Assembly: GCA_032161105.1 (NCBI GenBank)
Contig: JAVHTD010000015.1
Strand: one strand, 5' to 3'
Length of the DNA stretch: 64,000 nucleotides
From: Candidatus Thermosaccharophagus tengchongensis
Lineage (GTDB): Bacteria > Armatimonadota > Fervidibacteria > Fervidibacterales > Thermosaccharophagaceae
The translations under genes and the position numbers were made by a program. Positions 40,415 through 50,456 of this stretch are shown piece by piece (positions within the stretch are counted from its first letter, which is position 1; every line of letters starts with the position of its first letter). Under the pieces are notes generated by a model, which was not told the origin of the DNA, did no database searches, and saw only the letters and a list, made by a program, of their open reading frames with translations.

Positions 40415-42367
40415 GTGACTATAAGGGAATATCTCTCACGAGAGGCGAGGAGGATAACGGAAAATGCGACGAGGGATTTTACGAGTGCCGATGCATTTTG
40501 GAGGCTGCTCCCAAAGAAGCGAGCGCAATTCCTTGAGATGATGGGTCTGTCGGATTTGCCGCCATATGAGGAGCGTCCACCCGTGAAGGCGGTTACCACG
40601 GGTATTTTGGACAGAGGGCTTTACCGCATACATAAGCTTTACTATGAGAGCATTCCAAATTTGTTTGTCACGGCGAACCTATATATCCCAAAGAGGGATG
40701 GCAAAGCGCCCTTTCCGGCGGTGCTATACCTTTGCGGGCATGCTCAAAACCAAAAATGGCATTATCAAGCTCACCCAAGGCAATTTGCTCAGCTGGGATT
40801 TGTGTGTTTAATCGTTGAGACAATTCAACTTGGCGAGGTGCAGGGATACCATCACGGATGCTACCGTGAGGGCTGGTTCCACTGGTATAGCCGTGGCTAC
40901 ACGCCAGCCGGAGTTGAATTGCTCAATGCGATTCGCGCCGTTGATTTTCTGACACAGCTTGAGGAAGTTGACGGCAGCAGAATTGGGGCAACTGGAATAT
41001 CAGGCGGTGGAGCAACAACTTGGTGGGTCGCAGCTGCTGATGAGCGAATTAAGGTGGCTGCGCCAGTCTGCGCGACTGCCACTTTGGCATCGCACATCTA
41101 CGACAAGACGATTGATGGGCATTGCGATTGCATGTGGTGGATTAACACATACCTATGGGACTTAGCCGATGTCGGGGCATTGATTGCACCAAGACCGCTG
41201 ATGATAGCCTCATCGGATAAAGATGCCATCTTCACGATCCAATCAATCCGCCAAGTCTATTTGCAGCTGAAGCGCCTTTATGAGATGCTCGGCGCAGCCG
41301 ACAACCTAAGGCTCGTTGAGACACCGGGTGCCCATTCATACCACAGGATTTCGCGCACCGCCATATTCTCTTGGTTTCTGAAGCACCTTCAAGGTCGTGA
41401 GATACCGCCAGAACAAGTGGGAGACATTGACGAGTCAAAGGAGCACATGGAGCCGCTTGAAGCGTTGCGCGTGTATGTTGATGGCGAGCCGAAGGGAAAC
41501 AGAGCCAAGACAATCCATGACGAATTCATCAAGCTTGCACAGCCACCGAAGATTGAGTCTGTGGCTGATTTGGAGAGAGCGCGCAAAGATGCAGTGAGCA
41601 AACTCACGCAAAAGACATTCAATGCCTTCCCAAAGGAAGCGCCACCGTTGAATTTGGAGGTGGAGTTTGAATTTGCGCATGATGGCGCCACTGGATGTAG
41701 GTTTGCCTTCACATCGGAAGAGGGTTGGCGACTGCATGGCGTATTGACCATCCCGCGAAATGCTGAGCAACCTGCGGCGGCAATTTTGGCGCCGCGCAAC
41801 GCGCATGAAGCCCGCAATGAGACAGAGAGGTTCTTGGGGCGCATAAATGCGCCCTGGGCGAAAGTTGTGGTGGAGCTGCGCGGGACTGGCGATACCGCAT
41901 GGGGAGAAGAATTGCAATGGCATATACGCAGGGCTGCTGCATGGACTGGGCGCACCATTGCGAGCATGCGTGTGTATGATTTGCTTCGTGCGCTTGAGGC
42001 TATAAGGCTGCTGCCGCAAATTGATCCCGATTCAATAACCATCGCAGCCCGTGGCGAAATGGCTGCTGTGGCTCTGTATGCGGCATTGCTTGATGGACGA
42101 ATAAAGGCGATGGTATTGCAATCGCCACCTGCAACTCAGAATGCGCCAAGCAATCCAGATGGACATGGTGAAGCAATTGAGATGCTTAACTGCCTTCAAA
42201 TAACCGACCTGCCGCAAGTTGCCGGCTTGCTTTACCCAACCGAGCTCGTCTTCGTCGGCGATATGCCCGATAGCTACACATGGGCAAAGGAACTGTATGG
42301 CAGGCTTGGTTCGCCGGATAGGTTCATTTTCGTGTCAGATGTATCGCAGTGGAAACCGAGGTTGTAA
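40415..42367 (+). CDS. Alpha/beta-hydrolase (acetylxylan-esterase/dienelactone-hydrolase-like), two-domain
   Basis: VTANLY.P, LCGH, G-I-S-G-G nucleophile elbow, LIAPRPL; second hydrolase-like domain lacks the Ser. Confidence 0.8.
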   Translation: MTIREYLSREARRITENATRDFTSADAFWRLLPKKRAQFLEMMGLSDLPPYEERPPVKAVTTGILDRGLYRIHKLYYESIPNLFVTANLYIPKRDGKAPFPAVLYLCGHAQNQKWHYQAHPRQFAQLGFVCLIVETIQLGEVQGYHHGCYREGWFHWYSRGYTPAGVELLNAIRAVDFLTQLEEVDGSRIGATGISGGGATTWWVAAADERIKVAAPVCATATLASHIYDKTIDGHCDCMWWINTYLWDLADVGALIAPRPLMIASSDKDAIFTIQSIRQVYLQLKRLYEMLGAADNLRLVETPGAHSYHRISRTAIFSWFLKHLQGREIPPEQVGDIDESKEHMEPLEALRVYVDGEPKGNRAKTIHDEFIKLAQPPKIESVADLERARKDAVSKLTQKTFNAFPKEAPPLNLEVEFEFAHDGATGCRFAFTSEEGWRLHGVLTIPRNAEQPAAAILAPRNAHEARNETERFLGRINAPWAKVVVELRGTGDTAWGEELQWHIRRAAAWTGRTIASMRVYDLLRALEAIRLLPQIDPDSITIAARGEMAAVALYAALLDGRIKAMVLQSPPATQNAPSNPDGHGEAIEMLNCLQITDLPQVAGLLYPTELVFVGDMPDSYTWAKELYGRLGSPDRFIFVSDVSQWKPRL

Positions 42368-42423
42368 ATGCCACATACCGCCTTAACCAAGTTATCCTCG
42401 GCTTGCGGGAGGGGAAAGAGAAA

Positions 42424-43641
42424 ATGCACCCAAGTCGGGCGTCACGCTCGCTTTTGCGCGTTGTGTGCGCGCTCGTTTTGGCGCTCTCCATTTGCAAGAT
42501 TGATGCACAAAAACAGCCCGCTGTTGATAAGGGCAGGCTCAGGGAAGTATTTCTTTCGCTCGTTCAAATTGACTCCGGCTCGGAGAACGAGGATGTCATT
42601 GGCGAGTGGGTGGCGAAGTTTTTGAGGCGATTCACAAACGATGTTGAGATTGATGAGGCATGGCGAAAGATTGGCGGCAGCGGTGGGAATGTGATTGCAA
42701 GGCTTAGCGGTGATGTGGGGTTTCCGACTGTGCTCTTAAATGCGCACCTTGATACCGTCCTCCCAACCACAGGGATCAAAGTTGTTGAAGACGGGGAAAT
42801 CATTCGCACGGATGGTCGGACTATACTCGGAGCCGATGACAAAGCCGGCGTGGCAATCATACTTGAGGTGCTCAGCATACTGCACGAGCAAAACTTGAGG
42901 CACCCGCCAATTGAAGTTGTCTTTACGGTGCGTGAGGAAAAGGGGTTGCTTGGTGCAAAGGTGCTTGACATGAGCAAGCTGAAGGCGAAGTATGGGCTTG
43001 TTGTTGACGGCATGGAAGATCCATCGGTTATAATCACGCGCATGCCATCACACGACACATTTGAGGCAATCGTGAAAGGTAAGGCTGCACATGCTGGCAC
43101 ATCACCTGAGTTGGGCGTGAACGCGATTGTGGTCGCAGCGAGAGCTATTGCAAGACTGCAATGGGGCAGGCTTGATGAGGAAACAACTTGCAATGTCGGA
43201 ATCATCAGTGGCGGCACAGCAACAAATGTTGTCGCCGAGGGTTGCACAGTGCGCGGTGAAATGAGAAGCCATAATCCAAAGCGCCTTGACGAACTGCGCA
43301 AGCGGATAAGCGAAGCGTTTGAAGCCGAGGCAAATGCTACGGGAGCGTCCGTGAAATTGGGCTTTAAGCGCCTCTACAGCGGCTTCTCAACGAGACACGA
43401 TTCGCCCGTGGTTATCGCTGCAGTTAACGCGCTGAGGCAAATGGGCATAGAACCACAGCTGAGAAGCATTGAAGCCGGCTCAGATGCAAGCATATTTTCC
43501 GACAACGGCATTGAGTGCATTGTCCTTCCAACTGGCGCCTCAAACATTCACACTGTCAACGAATTCATTAACATGCGCATAATGCAACTCTGCGCCGAGT
43601 TGCTCCTTCGCACCATACTCAACCTTGCCATCGCCAAATGA
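42424..43641 (+). CDS. M20B peptidase T-like metallohydrolase with signal peptide
   Basis: AHLDTV, LGADDKAG, REEKGL.GA, GKAAHAG..PE.G, GSDA, NIHT. Confidence 0.88.
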   Translation: MHPSRASRSLLRVVCALVLALSICKIDAQKQPAVDKGRLREVFLSLVQIDSGSENEDVIGEWVAKFLRRFTNDVEIDEAWRKIGGSGGNVIARLSGDVGFPTVLLNAHLDTVLPTTGIKVVEDGEIIRTDGRTILGADDKAGVAIILEVLSILHEQNLRHPPIEVVFTVREEKGLLGAKVLDMSKLKAKYGLVVDGMEDPSVIITRMPSHDTFEAIVKGKAAHAGTSPELGVNAIVVAARAIARLQWGRLDEETTCNVGIISGGTATNVVAEGCTVRGEMRSHNPKRLDELRKRISEAFEAEANATGASVKLGFKRLYSGFSTRHDSPVVIAAVNALRQMGIEPQLRSIEAGSDASIFSDNGIECIVLPTGASNIHTVNEFINMRIMQLCAELLLRTILNLAIAK

Positions 43642-43694
43642 AGATCACTTTGAGCTTATCGCTGGCTCAAGCCATAAAAACTGCCTTCGCTATT

Positions 43695-44444
43695 TTACGC
43701 CCCTTCCTTCTTTCCACCCTCTCCTTCCTTTGGCTTGCCCTCCTTCTCCTTTGGGGCAGCTCCCTTCAATGCCTTCTTCTCTGCCCTCTTTTCCAACCTC
43801 TGCAATTCAGCTTGTGCATACAACTTCCAACTCGCTTCGTCAAACACAGCGTAAGCCATCCCGGTCGTGCTGTAACCGACATAAACCTCCTCACCGGGCT
43901 TCAAGCGAACATCAGCACCCTTTAGCTGCTTTCCACCGAGGAAATACCTCGTGACCTTCGTAAGGGATACGCTTTCCTCGCCCTTCTCTGTCTTCAACTT
44001 CAACTCGCCCTTTTCCCTGTCAAAGGAAACAACGCTCCCCTTCACCGTCTCCCGCATAATGAAGGCGACAAAGCTCAACTCATCTGAAAGGAATCTAAGC
44101 TCCGTCTTGGAGCGCGGCTTGAACCCAAACATGACACCATCGCCGGCTTTAAAATCCTTCAACGATGCCCTCTTGCCATCCCTCATCACGACCGTATCGG
44201 CTGCGACATGTGCAGTTACTTTGGCGCCCTCGGACTCAATCACAACCTGACCCTTTGCCTCGCTCACCTCAACAACTTTGCCCTTAAGACCCTCAACCAA
44301 GCGCCCCTTTGGCGCCTTGGCTTCAACCTTCGCTTCCTTCTTCTCGGGGGTCTTTGTGGGCTTAGCCTCTTCAGCGGCAATCACAAAGGCTATAAGCAAC
44401 ATCGTTGCTCCTAACCCGAATGCAACCTTCATCGCTCCCTTCAT
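43695..44444 (-). CDS. Secreted hypothetical protein with two OB-fold-like (DUF5666-like) repeats
   Basis: Signal peptide; repeats KGKVVEV...T.V.RDGK...LKDFKAGD.V and KGSVVSF...T.Y..GGK......LKPGEEV. Confidence 0.65.
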   Translation of the reverse strand: MKGAMKVAFGLGATMLLIAFVIAAEEAKPTKTPEKKEAKVEAKAPKGRLVEGLKGKVVEVSEAKGQVVIESEGAKVTAHVAADTVVMRDGKRASLKDFKAGDGVMFGFKPRSKTELRFLSDELSFVAFIMRETVKGSVVSFDREKGELKLKTEKGEESVSLTKVTRYFLGGKQLKGADVRLKPGEEVYVGYSTTGMAYAVFDEASWKLYAQAELQRLEKRAEKKALKGAAPKEKEGKPKEGEGGKKEGA

Positions 44445-44644
44445 GTCCTATCACCTCTTTGCATCTGGTTTTGCACCATCCATTTACAAGCCAGCAACAA
44501 CAAGCATAGCACGACAACAAACAATTCGCCATCCCGCTTACACCATTAAACGGAGCATCGTTCAATCAGCATGAGTATTCACCGTATGGAGTGGGCAATG
44601 GGACAGCTTATGCATTGGGAGTGTGCTTGGCAATTGCAACAACT

Positions 44645-44734
44645 TGGCGGAGGGGGCCGGATTCGAACCGGCGCACCCTTATCGGGCATACGGGATTTCA
44701 AATCCCGCGAGGTTCCAGGCTCCTCAACCCCTCC
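44645..44734 (-). tRNA. tRNA-Ser (TGA)
   Basis: GGAGGGG/CCCCTCC acceptor, G73, CGGGA-TT-TGA-AA-TCCCG anticodon arm, long variable arm, encoded CCA. Confidence 0.93.
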
Positions 44735-44774
44735 GCCGTAATTTCATTGTAGCGCACTACGGAAGTAACTGCGC

Positions 44775-46106
44775 TCACTTTGAGCAGCCATGCCGATTGT
44801 CAATCAGCCCCATGCGCTCAAATACGATGTCAACATGCCTCACGAACCAAGAATAGTCAAAGCATTCCTCAAGCTCACCATCGGAAAGCGTCTCTCGCAC
44901 TCGCTCATCCTCAAGCAGCACATCCCTCATGTGCCTTCCCTGCTCAAGCGCTTTAAATGCTGCAGATTGAGCAAGCGTATAAGCGTCATCTCTTGTCCAA
45001 CCCTTCTCAACCAACTTGAGCATGAGGCGCTGCGAACAAATCACGCCATGCGTCAGCTCCATATTGCGCCTCATCCTTTCAGGATAGATGACCATGCCGT
45101 TAACTATTTCGGCGAACCGCCTGAGCATGTAATCAACGAGTATGCTCGTTTCGGGTATGATCACCCGCTCAACCGACGAGTTGGTCAAGTCCCTCTCATG
45201 CCATGTGGCTATATTTTCAAGCGCTGGAATTACATGCGCCCTTACAAGCCTTGCAAGACCGCAGATTTGCTCGCACTTGTGCGGGTTGCGCTTGTGAGGC
45301 ATTGCCGATGAGCCACGCTGCGCCTTTGCAAATGGCTCTTCAACTTCAAGTATCTCGGTGCGCTGCAAGTTGCGTATCTCAGTTGCGAACTTCTCAAGCG
45401 ATGCAGCAATGAGGGCGAGTGTGCAAATATATTCGGCATGCCTGTCACGCTGCAATATTTGCGTTGCCACAGGCGGACGCTTCAACCCGAGCCTTTCAAG
45501 GACTATCTCTTCAACCCTTGGGTCAATCGTTGCGTATGTCCCGACTGCGCCAGAAATCTTTCCAACACCCACTATGTCCTTAACTCTCTCAAGGCGCTCC
45601 CTGTGGCGTTGCATCTCAGCGATCCAGACGCACAGCTTTAGACCGAATGTTATTGGCTCGGCATGGACGCCGTGAGTTCGTCCCATCATGATCGTGTCCT
45701 TATGCTCAACTGCTCGCCGCTTAAGTTCGTCAATCAGCTTGTCAACATCATCAATGAGGATTTCGCACGCCCGCTTCATCCTTAGCCCAAGGGCTGTGTC
45801 TTCAATGTCGTATGAGGTGACGCCCATATGCACATAGCGTGCCTCATCGCCCATGTTCTCCGTCATGGCTTTGACGAAGGCGATCAGGTCGTGATGGTAA
45901 ACTTTCTCAAGCTCAAGGACTCGCTCAACTGTGAAGGATGCCCTCTCGCGTATGAGCTTCGCCGCCTCCCTCGGTATATATCCGAGGTCGCATAGCGCAT
46001 CGCAGATTGCAAGCTCAACTTCCATCCAAGAGCGAAACTTCGCTTCAAGCGTCCATAGCTCCCTCATCTGCGGGTATGAGTATCGTTCCCAAATGGCGCA
46101 CGACAT
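44775..46106 (-). CDS. purB: Adenylosuccinate lyase
   Basis: ERYS, H.GVTS.D..DTA, GRTHGVHAEP.TFG.K, SGAVGT, GSSAMPHKRNP. Confidence 0.96.
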   Translation of the reverse strand: MSCAIWERYSYPQMRELWTLEAKFRSWMEVELAICDALCDLGYIPREAAKLIRERASFTVERVLELEKVYHHDLIAFVKAMTENMGDEARYVHMGVTSYDIEDTALGLRMKRACEILIDDVDKLIDELKRRAVEHKDTIMMGRTHGVHAEPITFGLKLCVWIAEMQRHRERLERVKDIVGVGKISGAVGTYATIDPRVEEIVLERLGLKRPPVATQILQRDRHAEYICTLALIAASLEKFATEIRNLQRTEILEVEEPFAKAQRGSSAMPHKRNPHKCEQICGLARLVRAHVIPALENIATWHERDLTNSSVERVIIPETSILVDYMLRRFAEIVNGMVIYPERMRRNMELTHGVICSQRLMLKLVEKGWTRDDAYTLAQSAAFKALEQGRHMRDVLLEDERVRETLSDGELEECFDYSWFVRHVDIVFERMGLIDNRHGCSK

Positions 46107-46567
46107 GCCTCTTCACCTCGGCATTTGCAAGTCGGGTTGTAACTCCACATGGGTGGGGCTAAAACGCCCAACGGAATTGAAGCAGCCCTCTAAACATTGT
46201 GAAGCATGAAGCGCCAGCGTCGGCTGACACAATGCGCCATTCAAGCGCAAATCTAAAGTTGCTTCAAAAATGCGCCACCAGCTGCAGCAGGCTGGCTTGA
46301 CGGGATGGAAAGGATGCTGCAAGGATTGCTCACACAGTGGCGTGGGCATCGTGTGCCTCACCAGCAGGTTATACTGCAACGAGTGATGTGAGCGCAACCC
46401 AACGGTTAACGCGGTCGGATTTTTCTGGGCGCAACCTGTGCGCCATGATCAGCGCTAATTGCTCACAGGTGAGATGGAGCATGGTGGAAACGCCATGTCA
46501 ATCTGGCAATCGTGTCCGCGTTGGGCAAAAGTGGCATAGCAAGTTGAGGGACGACTCACATGGCGGG

Positions 46568-47440
46568 ATGACAGAGCTACTAAGTGAGCATCTGCTCAAG
46601 CTGTCAATCAGGGTTGTTCAGGCGCTGCCGTCGCCAAATGCCGTCTGCGCTGTCGGTAAGGCTATAGGGATGCTTGCATACCACATTGCTCGCAGTTGGC
46701 GCAAGCGTGCGATGGATAACCTCAACCTCGTCTTCGGCGACAAGTTGGACGCACAGCGCAAGCTTGAGATGGTCAAAGAGAACTTCAAGCACATGGGCTG
46801 CCTCGTTTGCGAGATGGGTTGGGATTCGGTCAGACACGGTTTGCCGCTCGCATCATGGGTGCGCTTCCATGGCTTAAAGCACATTGATGAGGCGCTCTCG
46901 CTCGGCAATGGGGTCATCATTGTAACGGCTCACTTGGGCAACTTCCCTCTGCTCTGCCGCAGCCTAAGGCAACTCGGATACAAGCTTTATCCAGTCATAC
47001 GGATGCCATCAAACAGGGCTGCAAGGGAAGCGCTCATCATGCTGATGAGGCAATACGATGTTGGTTGGATACCGACGCCACCAAACACCGAGGCGGTTAA
47101 AAGCTGCCTGCGCGTCCTGAGGCGCGGCGAGATGGTATGCTTGCTCGTTGACAGGCGCTCCAAGGGATTGATCCTCAACTTCTTGGGTCTGCCAGCACCG
47201 ACGGCAACTGGTGCTGCAATATTGCATATGCGCACTGGTGCACCGTTGCTCCCCGCCTTCATACTGCGAGATGGCTGCAGGCATGATGTGTTCATCCTGC
47301 CGAGGATGCAATTTGAGCTCAGCGGCGATTGTGAAGCTGATGTGCGCTCCATAACGCAAGCCATAAACGAATTGCTCACCGAATGGATACTGCGCCGCCC
47401 GGAACAATGGCTGTGGATTCACAGGCGCTGGAGGCTTTGA
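46568..47440 (+). CDS. Lysophospholipid / lipid A acyltransferase family protein (HtrB/LpxL-like)
   Basis: NL.LVF, G..I.TAH.GN, L.D, F.G.PA.T..G, I...PEQWLW.HRRW; start uncertain (ORF is open from 46337). Confidence 0.85.
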   Translation: MTELLSEHLLKLSIRVVQALPSPNAVCAVGKAIGMLAYHIARSWRKRAMDNLNLVFGDKLDAQRKLEMVKENFKHMGCLVCEMGWDSVRHGLPLASWVRFHGLKHIDEALSLGNGVIIVTAHLGNFPLLCRSLRQLGYKLYPVIRMPSNRAAREALIMLMRQYDVGWIPTPPNTEAVKSCLRVLRRGEMVCLLVDRRSKGLILNFLGLPAPTATGAAILHMRTGAPLLPAFILRDGCRHDVFILPRMQFELSGDCEADVRSITQAINELLTEWILRRPEQWLWIHRRWRL

Positions 47441-47518
47441 TGCGCCGCACCTATTGGAAGCGCCACTTCAGCACATTCAAGTTGGCAATGGACTTTATGG
47501 GCATTGGCGCATGTTCTC

Positions 47519-48628
47519 TTATGAGAGGAGTTCGGTCAACGAGGCGCTAAGGCAACTTGCGACCTCTTTGACTGCCGAGAATGCCTCTCCATAGCGCATC
47601 CTCTTCGGACCGAGCACCATTATTGACCCAATTGGCATCTCGCCGGCAAAGTATGGTGCCCCAATGACGCTGCATTCGGCGAGTATGTTAAACGGGTGTG
47701 GCGCAACCTCATCAAACAACTCAGCTCCTATCGCCGTCCATGGCTTTGCTGGGGTGGCTGCCTCAATCGGCGTTTGAAGCAACCACTCTGGAGGGTCATT
47801 CAAAACTTCAATCAGAGCATGTATGCGCTTTGCATCGGCAAATTCCGGCTGCGAGAGGAGTTGTGAAACGCTGCTTACAAAAGTGGTCATCCCATACGAA
47901 CGAAGCGTCTTTTGAACCATCCTCAAGCCCAAGCAAATTGCATCCCACAATGGCTCATCAATTTGCCGTGATGTTATGAAGCGCTGCGCAATCGTGTTTG
48001 GGCGGGCGCGCAATATCTGGTCAAGCTTGAGCCCACAGAGAGCGCTCCTGAGGATGGATGAAACCTTCTCAACATTGCGCCGCTCAACTGGAGCTACAGA
48101 GTAAAACAGCCGATGCAAAGCTCCTCCATCATTTAACACAGCCACAACAAGCAGCCTCTTTGAGTTAACCGGCGACAGGCACAAGTCCTTTAGCACCTTA
48201 TGCCCGAGCAGCGTGAACGAGGTTAGACCAACATAGTTGGTCAAAGAGGCGATCAACTCGCACGCCGCTTTGAGCAACTCCTCAATAGCGCCATATCTGA
48301 CTCGGAATGTTGAACGCACCTTGAGCACTTCCTTTGGGGTGAGCGGCTTTGGGGAGAGTATTCGGTCAACATAAACTCTGTAGCCCTTATCGGAGGGCAC
48401 TCTCCCAGCGGATGTGTGTGGCTGCTTGACTAAGCCCATGCTTTCAAGAGCTGCAAATTCAAGCCTGACCGTTGCCGGACTTATTCCTATGTCATGTTCC
48501 CTTGCAACCGATTCTGAGCTGACAGGCATCGCCGTCTCTATGTGCTTTTCAACGACGGCTTGCAGTATGCGTTCCCTGCGCGGGTTGAGCCCCAAATTGC
48601 GAACGGAGATGAGCATCGCCGACAACAC
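47519..48628 (-). CDS. hrcA: Heat-inducible transcription repressor HrcA
   Basis: IL.AVV...I.TA.PVSS, SPATVR, QPHTSAGRVPSDKGYR.YVD, GPKRM.Y. Confidence 0.93.
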   Translation of the reverse strand: MLSAMLISVRNLGLNPRRERILQAVVEKHIETAMPVSSESVAREHDIGISPATVRLEFAALESMGLVKQPHTSAGRVPSDKGYRVYVDRILSPKPLTPKEVLKVRSTFRVRYGAIEELLKAACELIASLTNYVGLTSFTLLGHKVLKDLCLSPVNSKRLLVVAVLNDGGALHRLFYSVAPVERRNVEKVSSILRSALCGLKLDQILRARPNTIAQRFITSRQIDEPLWDAICLGLRMVQKTLRSYGMTTFVSSVSQLLSQPEFADAKRIHALIEVLNDPPEWLLQTPIEAATPAKPWTAIGAELFDEVAPHPFNILAECSVIGAPYFAGEMPIGSIMVLGPKRMRYGEAFSAVKEVASCLSASLTELLS

Positions 48629-48706
48629 CTCGCTACAGCTTGATGAGACAACGCCTTCATGATGACCTCACACCGCCACGCTAAAGCTGTTGATTGCCCC
48701 CATGAG

Positions 48707-49825
48707 TTAAAGATGCCAAAGTTCGCAATGATGGTGCACGCTTGAGATTGTTCCGCCACCAAGCACCTCATCACCGCTGTAGAAAACGATGGCTTGCCCC
48801 GGCGCAACACCAATTTGCGGTTCGTCCCAAGTGACACGCGCCGTCAGCATCTCACCATCGGGATTAATGACTACCTTAGCTGTCGCCTCTTTTGAACGAT
48901 ACCGGTGCATGACTGTGCATATAAGCGGCTGAGCCGGCACCTCTCCACTTACTATGTTGACATCAACGGCTTCCGCTTCAATCACTTGTAGCCATTGTCG
49001 TTCGCCAACTATGACGGCATTTGCATCGGCATCTATCGCAACAACATAGAGCGGCTTACCCGACGGACTCCTAATGCCCAATCCGCGCCTTTGTCCAACA
49101 GTGTAGTATGCAATGCCACGATGCTGACCGAGCAGCCTGCCATCTCGGTAAATCAAAGGACCGGGCACACCAGCCTCAGGATGACGCTCAATCACAACCC
49201 CAGGGTATTCGCCGCCGTCAACAAAGCATATATCTTGGCTTTCCGGCTTAAACGCAGTTTGCAACTTCAGTGCCCTCGCAATCTCCCTCACCTTGCCCTT
49301 AGTCATCTCACCCAACGGCAGAAGGAGCTTGCTCATGATATCCTGAGTGAGCATGTAAAGGGCATAGCTTTGGTCCTTGCGCCTATCAACCGCCCTCAGG
49401 AGCTTGAATCGCCCAGACACATCGTCAAAGGCTATCCTCGCATAGTGTCCTGTGGCGATGTAATCGGCACCGATTGCCATTGCGCGCTTGAAGAAAAGTT
49501 CAAACTTGATGAAGCGGTTGCACAGTATGCATGGGTTTGGAGTGCGTCCGCGAGCATACTCTCTTGAGAATGGTTCAACGACATGGCGCAAAAACTCGCC
49601 CTCAAGGTTCCACACATAGTGTGGTATGCCAAGTTGATGTGCGACTCTCCTTGCATCCAACGCCGCATCAAGCGAGCAGCATGTGCGTTTATTCCCTTTA
49701 CCCCAAAGTTTGAAAGTTACCCCAACAACATCAAAGCCGCTTTGAAGGAGCAATGCCGCCGCAACGGAGCTATCAACGCCGCCACTCATGGCGACGAAGA
49801 CCAACTTCTTGCCCATGAGCATCAC
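48707..49825 (-). CDS. mnmA: tRNA 2-thiouridine(34) synthase
   Basis: [56 protein letters not shown]. Confidence 0.96.
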   Translation of the reverse strand: MMLMGKKLVFVAMSGGVDSSVAAALLLQSGFDVVGVTFKLWGKGNKRTCCSLDAALDARRVAHQLGIPHYVWNLEGEFLRHVVEPFSREYARGRTPNPCILCNRFIKFELFFKRAMAIGADYIATGHYARIAFDDVSGRFKLLRAVDRRKDQSYALYMLTQDIMSKLLLPLGEMTKGKVREIARALKLQTAFKPESQDICFVDGGEYPGVVIERHPEAGVPGPLIYRDGRLLGQHRGIAYYTVGQRRGLGIRSPSGKPLYVVAIDADANAVIVGERQWLQVIEAEAVDVNIVSGEVPAQPLICTVMHRYRSKEATAKVVINPDGEMLTARVTWDEPQIGVAPGQAIVFYSGDEVLGGGTISSVHHHCELWHL

Positions 49826-49832
49826 CGAGGGC

Positions 49833-50456
49833 TTACTTGAGACGGCGCTTGGCGGATAGGAGTTTCAATATGGCTTCGCCAAATGCCTTCGCTGCATCCG
49901 GTCCGTTAGCCGTAACGATGTTTCCATCAACTTCCACATTAGCGCCTGTGTATGTTGCGCCTTTAGCCTCTATGCGGCGCCTCTCCGATGCCCAAACCGT
50001 TGCCTTCCTGCCCTTCAACAAGCCGGCGTTGGCGAGCGTGACCGGCGATATGCAAATCGCCCCGATAACTTTCCCAAGCTTGAAAGCCCTGATGAAGAGT
50101 GAGTGAACCACTTTGTCATTCCAATATTGGCTCGCACCAACGCCACCAACAAGCACAATCGCATCAAACTTTGCCGGGTCGGCATCCTTGATGAGCATGT
50201 CCGGCTTGACTGCAGCACCGAGCATCCCCTTAGCCTGTTGTAGCGTTGTTGAGGCGATGGTGACCTTTACGCCATGCGCCTCAAAAAGCTCCTTCGGTTG
50301 AAGCAGCTCCTCATCCCTGAAGTCCTTTGGAGCTATGATCATGAGCACTTGCATGCCCTTAACGCTCACGCCTTGAGCAAAAGCTGCTGTAAGCAATAGC
50401 GCTATGCCAATGCACAGCTCAAATGCCTTCACCATCGCCCGATGCATCATCTCCAT
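49833..50456 (-). CDS. DJ-1/PfpI family protein with signal peptide
   Basis: [37 protein letters not shown]-terminal hydrophobic segment ending AFA-Q. Confidence 0.9.
   Translation of the reverse strand: MEMMHRAMVKAFELCIGIALLLTAAFAQGVSVKGMQVLMIIAPKDFRDEELLQPKELFEAHGVKVTIASTTLQQAKGMLGAAVKPDMLIKDADPAKFDAIVLVGGVGASQYWNDKVVHSLFIRAFKLGKVIGAICISPVTLANAGLLKGRKATVWASERRRIEAKGATYTGANVEVDGNIVTANGPDAAKAFGEAILKLLSAKRRLK

Noticed and set aside
42564..43301. 245-aa antisense ORF, and similar ones (15580-16368, 41389-42042, 19357-19977, 2891-3511, 14708-15229)
   Set aside because: Shadow ORFs opposite well-supported genes, with Ser/Thr/Pro-rich or otherwise atypical composition and no recognisable motifs.
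44645..44734. Possible selenocysteine tRNA (TTCA visible on the + strand, long variable arm)
   Set aside because: The gene is on the minus strand; its anticodon is TGA (Ser) with a 7/5 fold, not UCA with an 8/5 fold.
46107..46330. Purine, ZTP or PRPP riboswitch upstream of purB
   Set aside because: No matching conserved core recognisable by eye on the minus strand.
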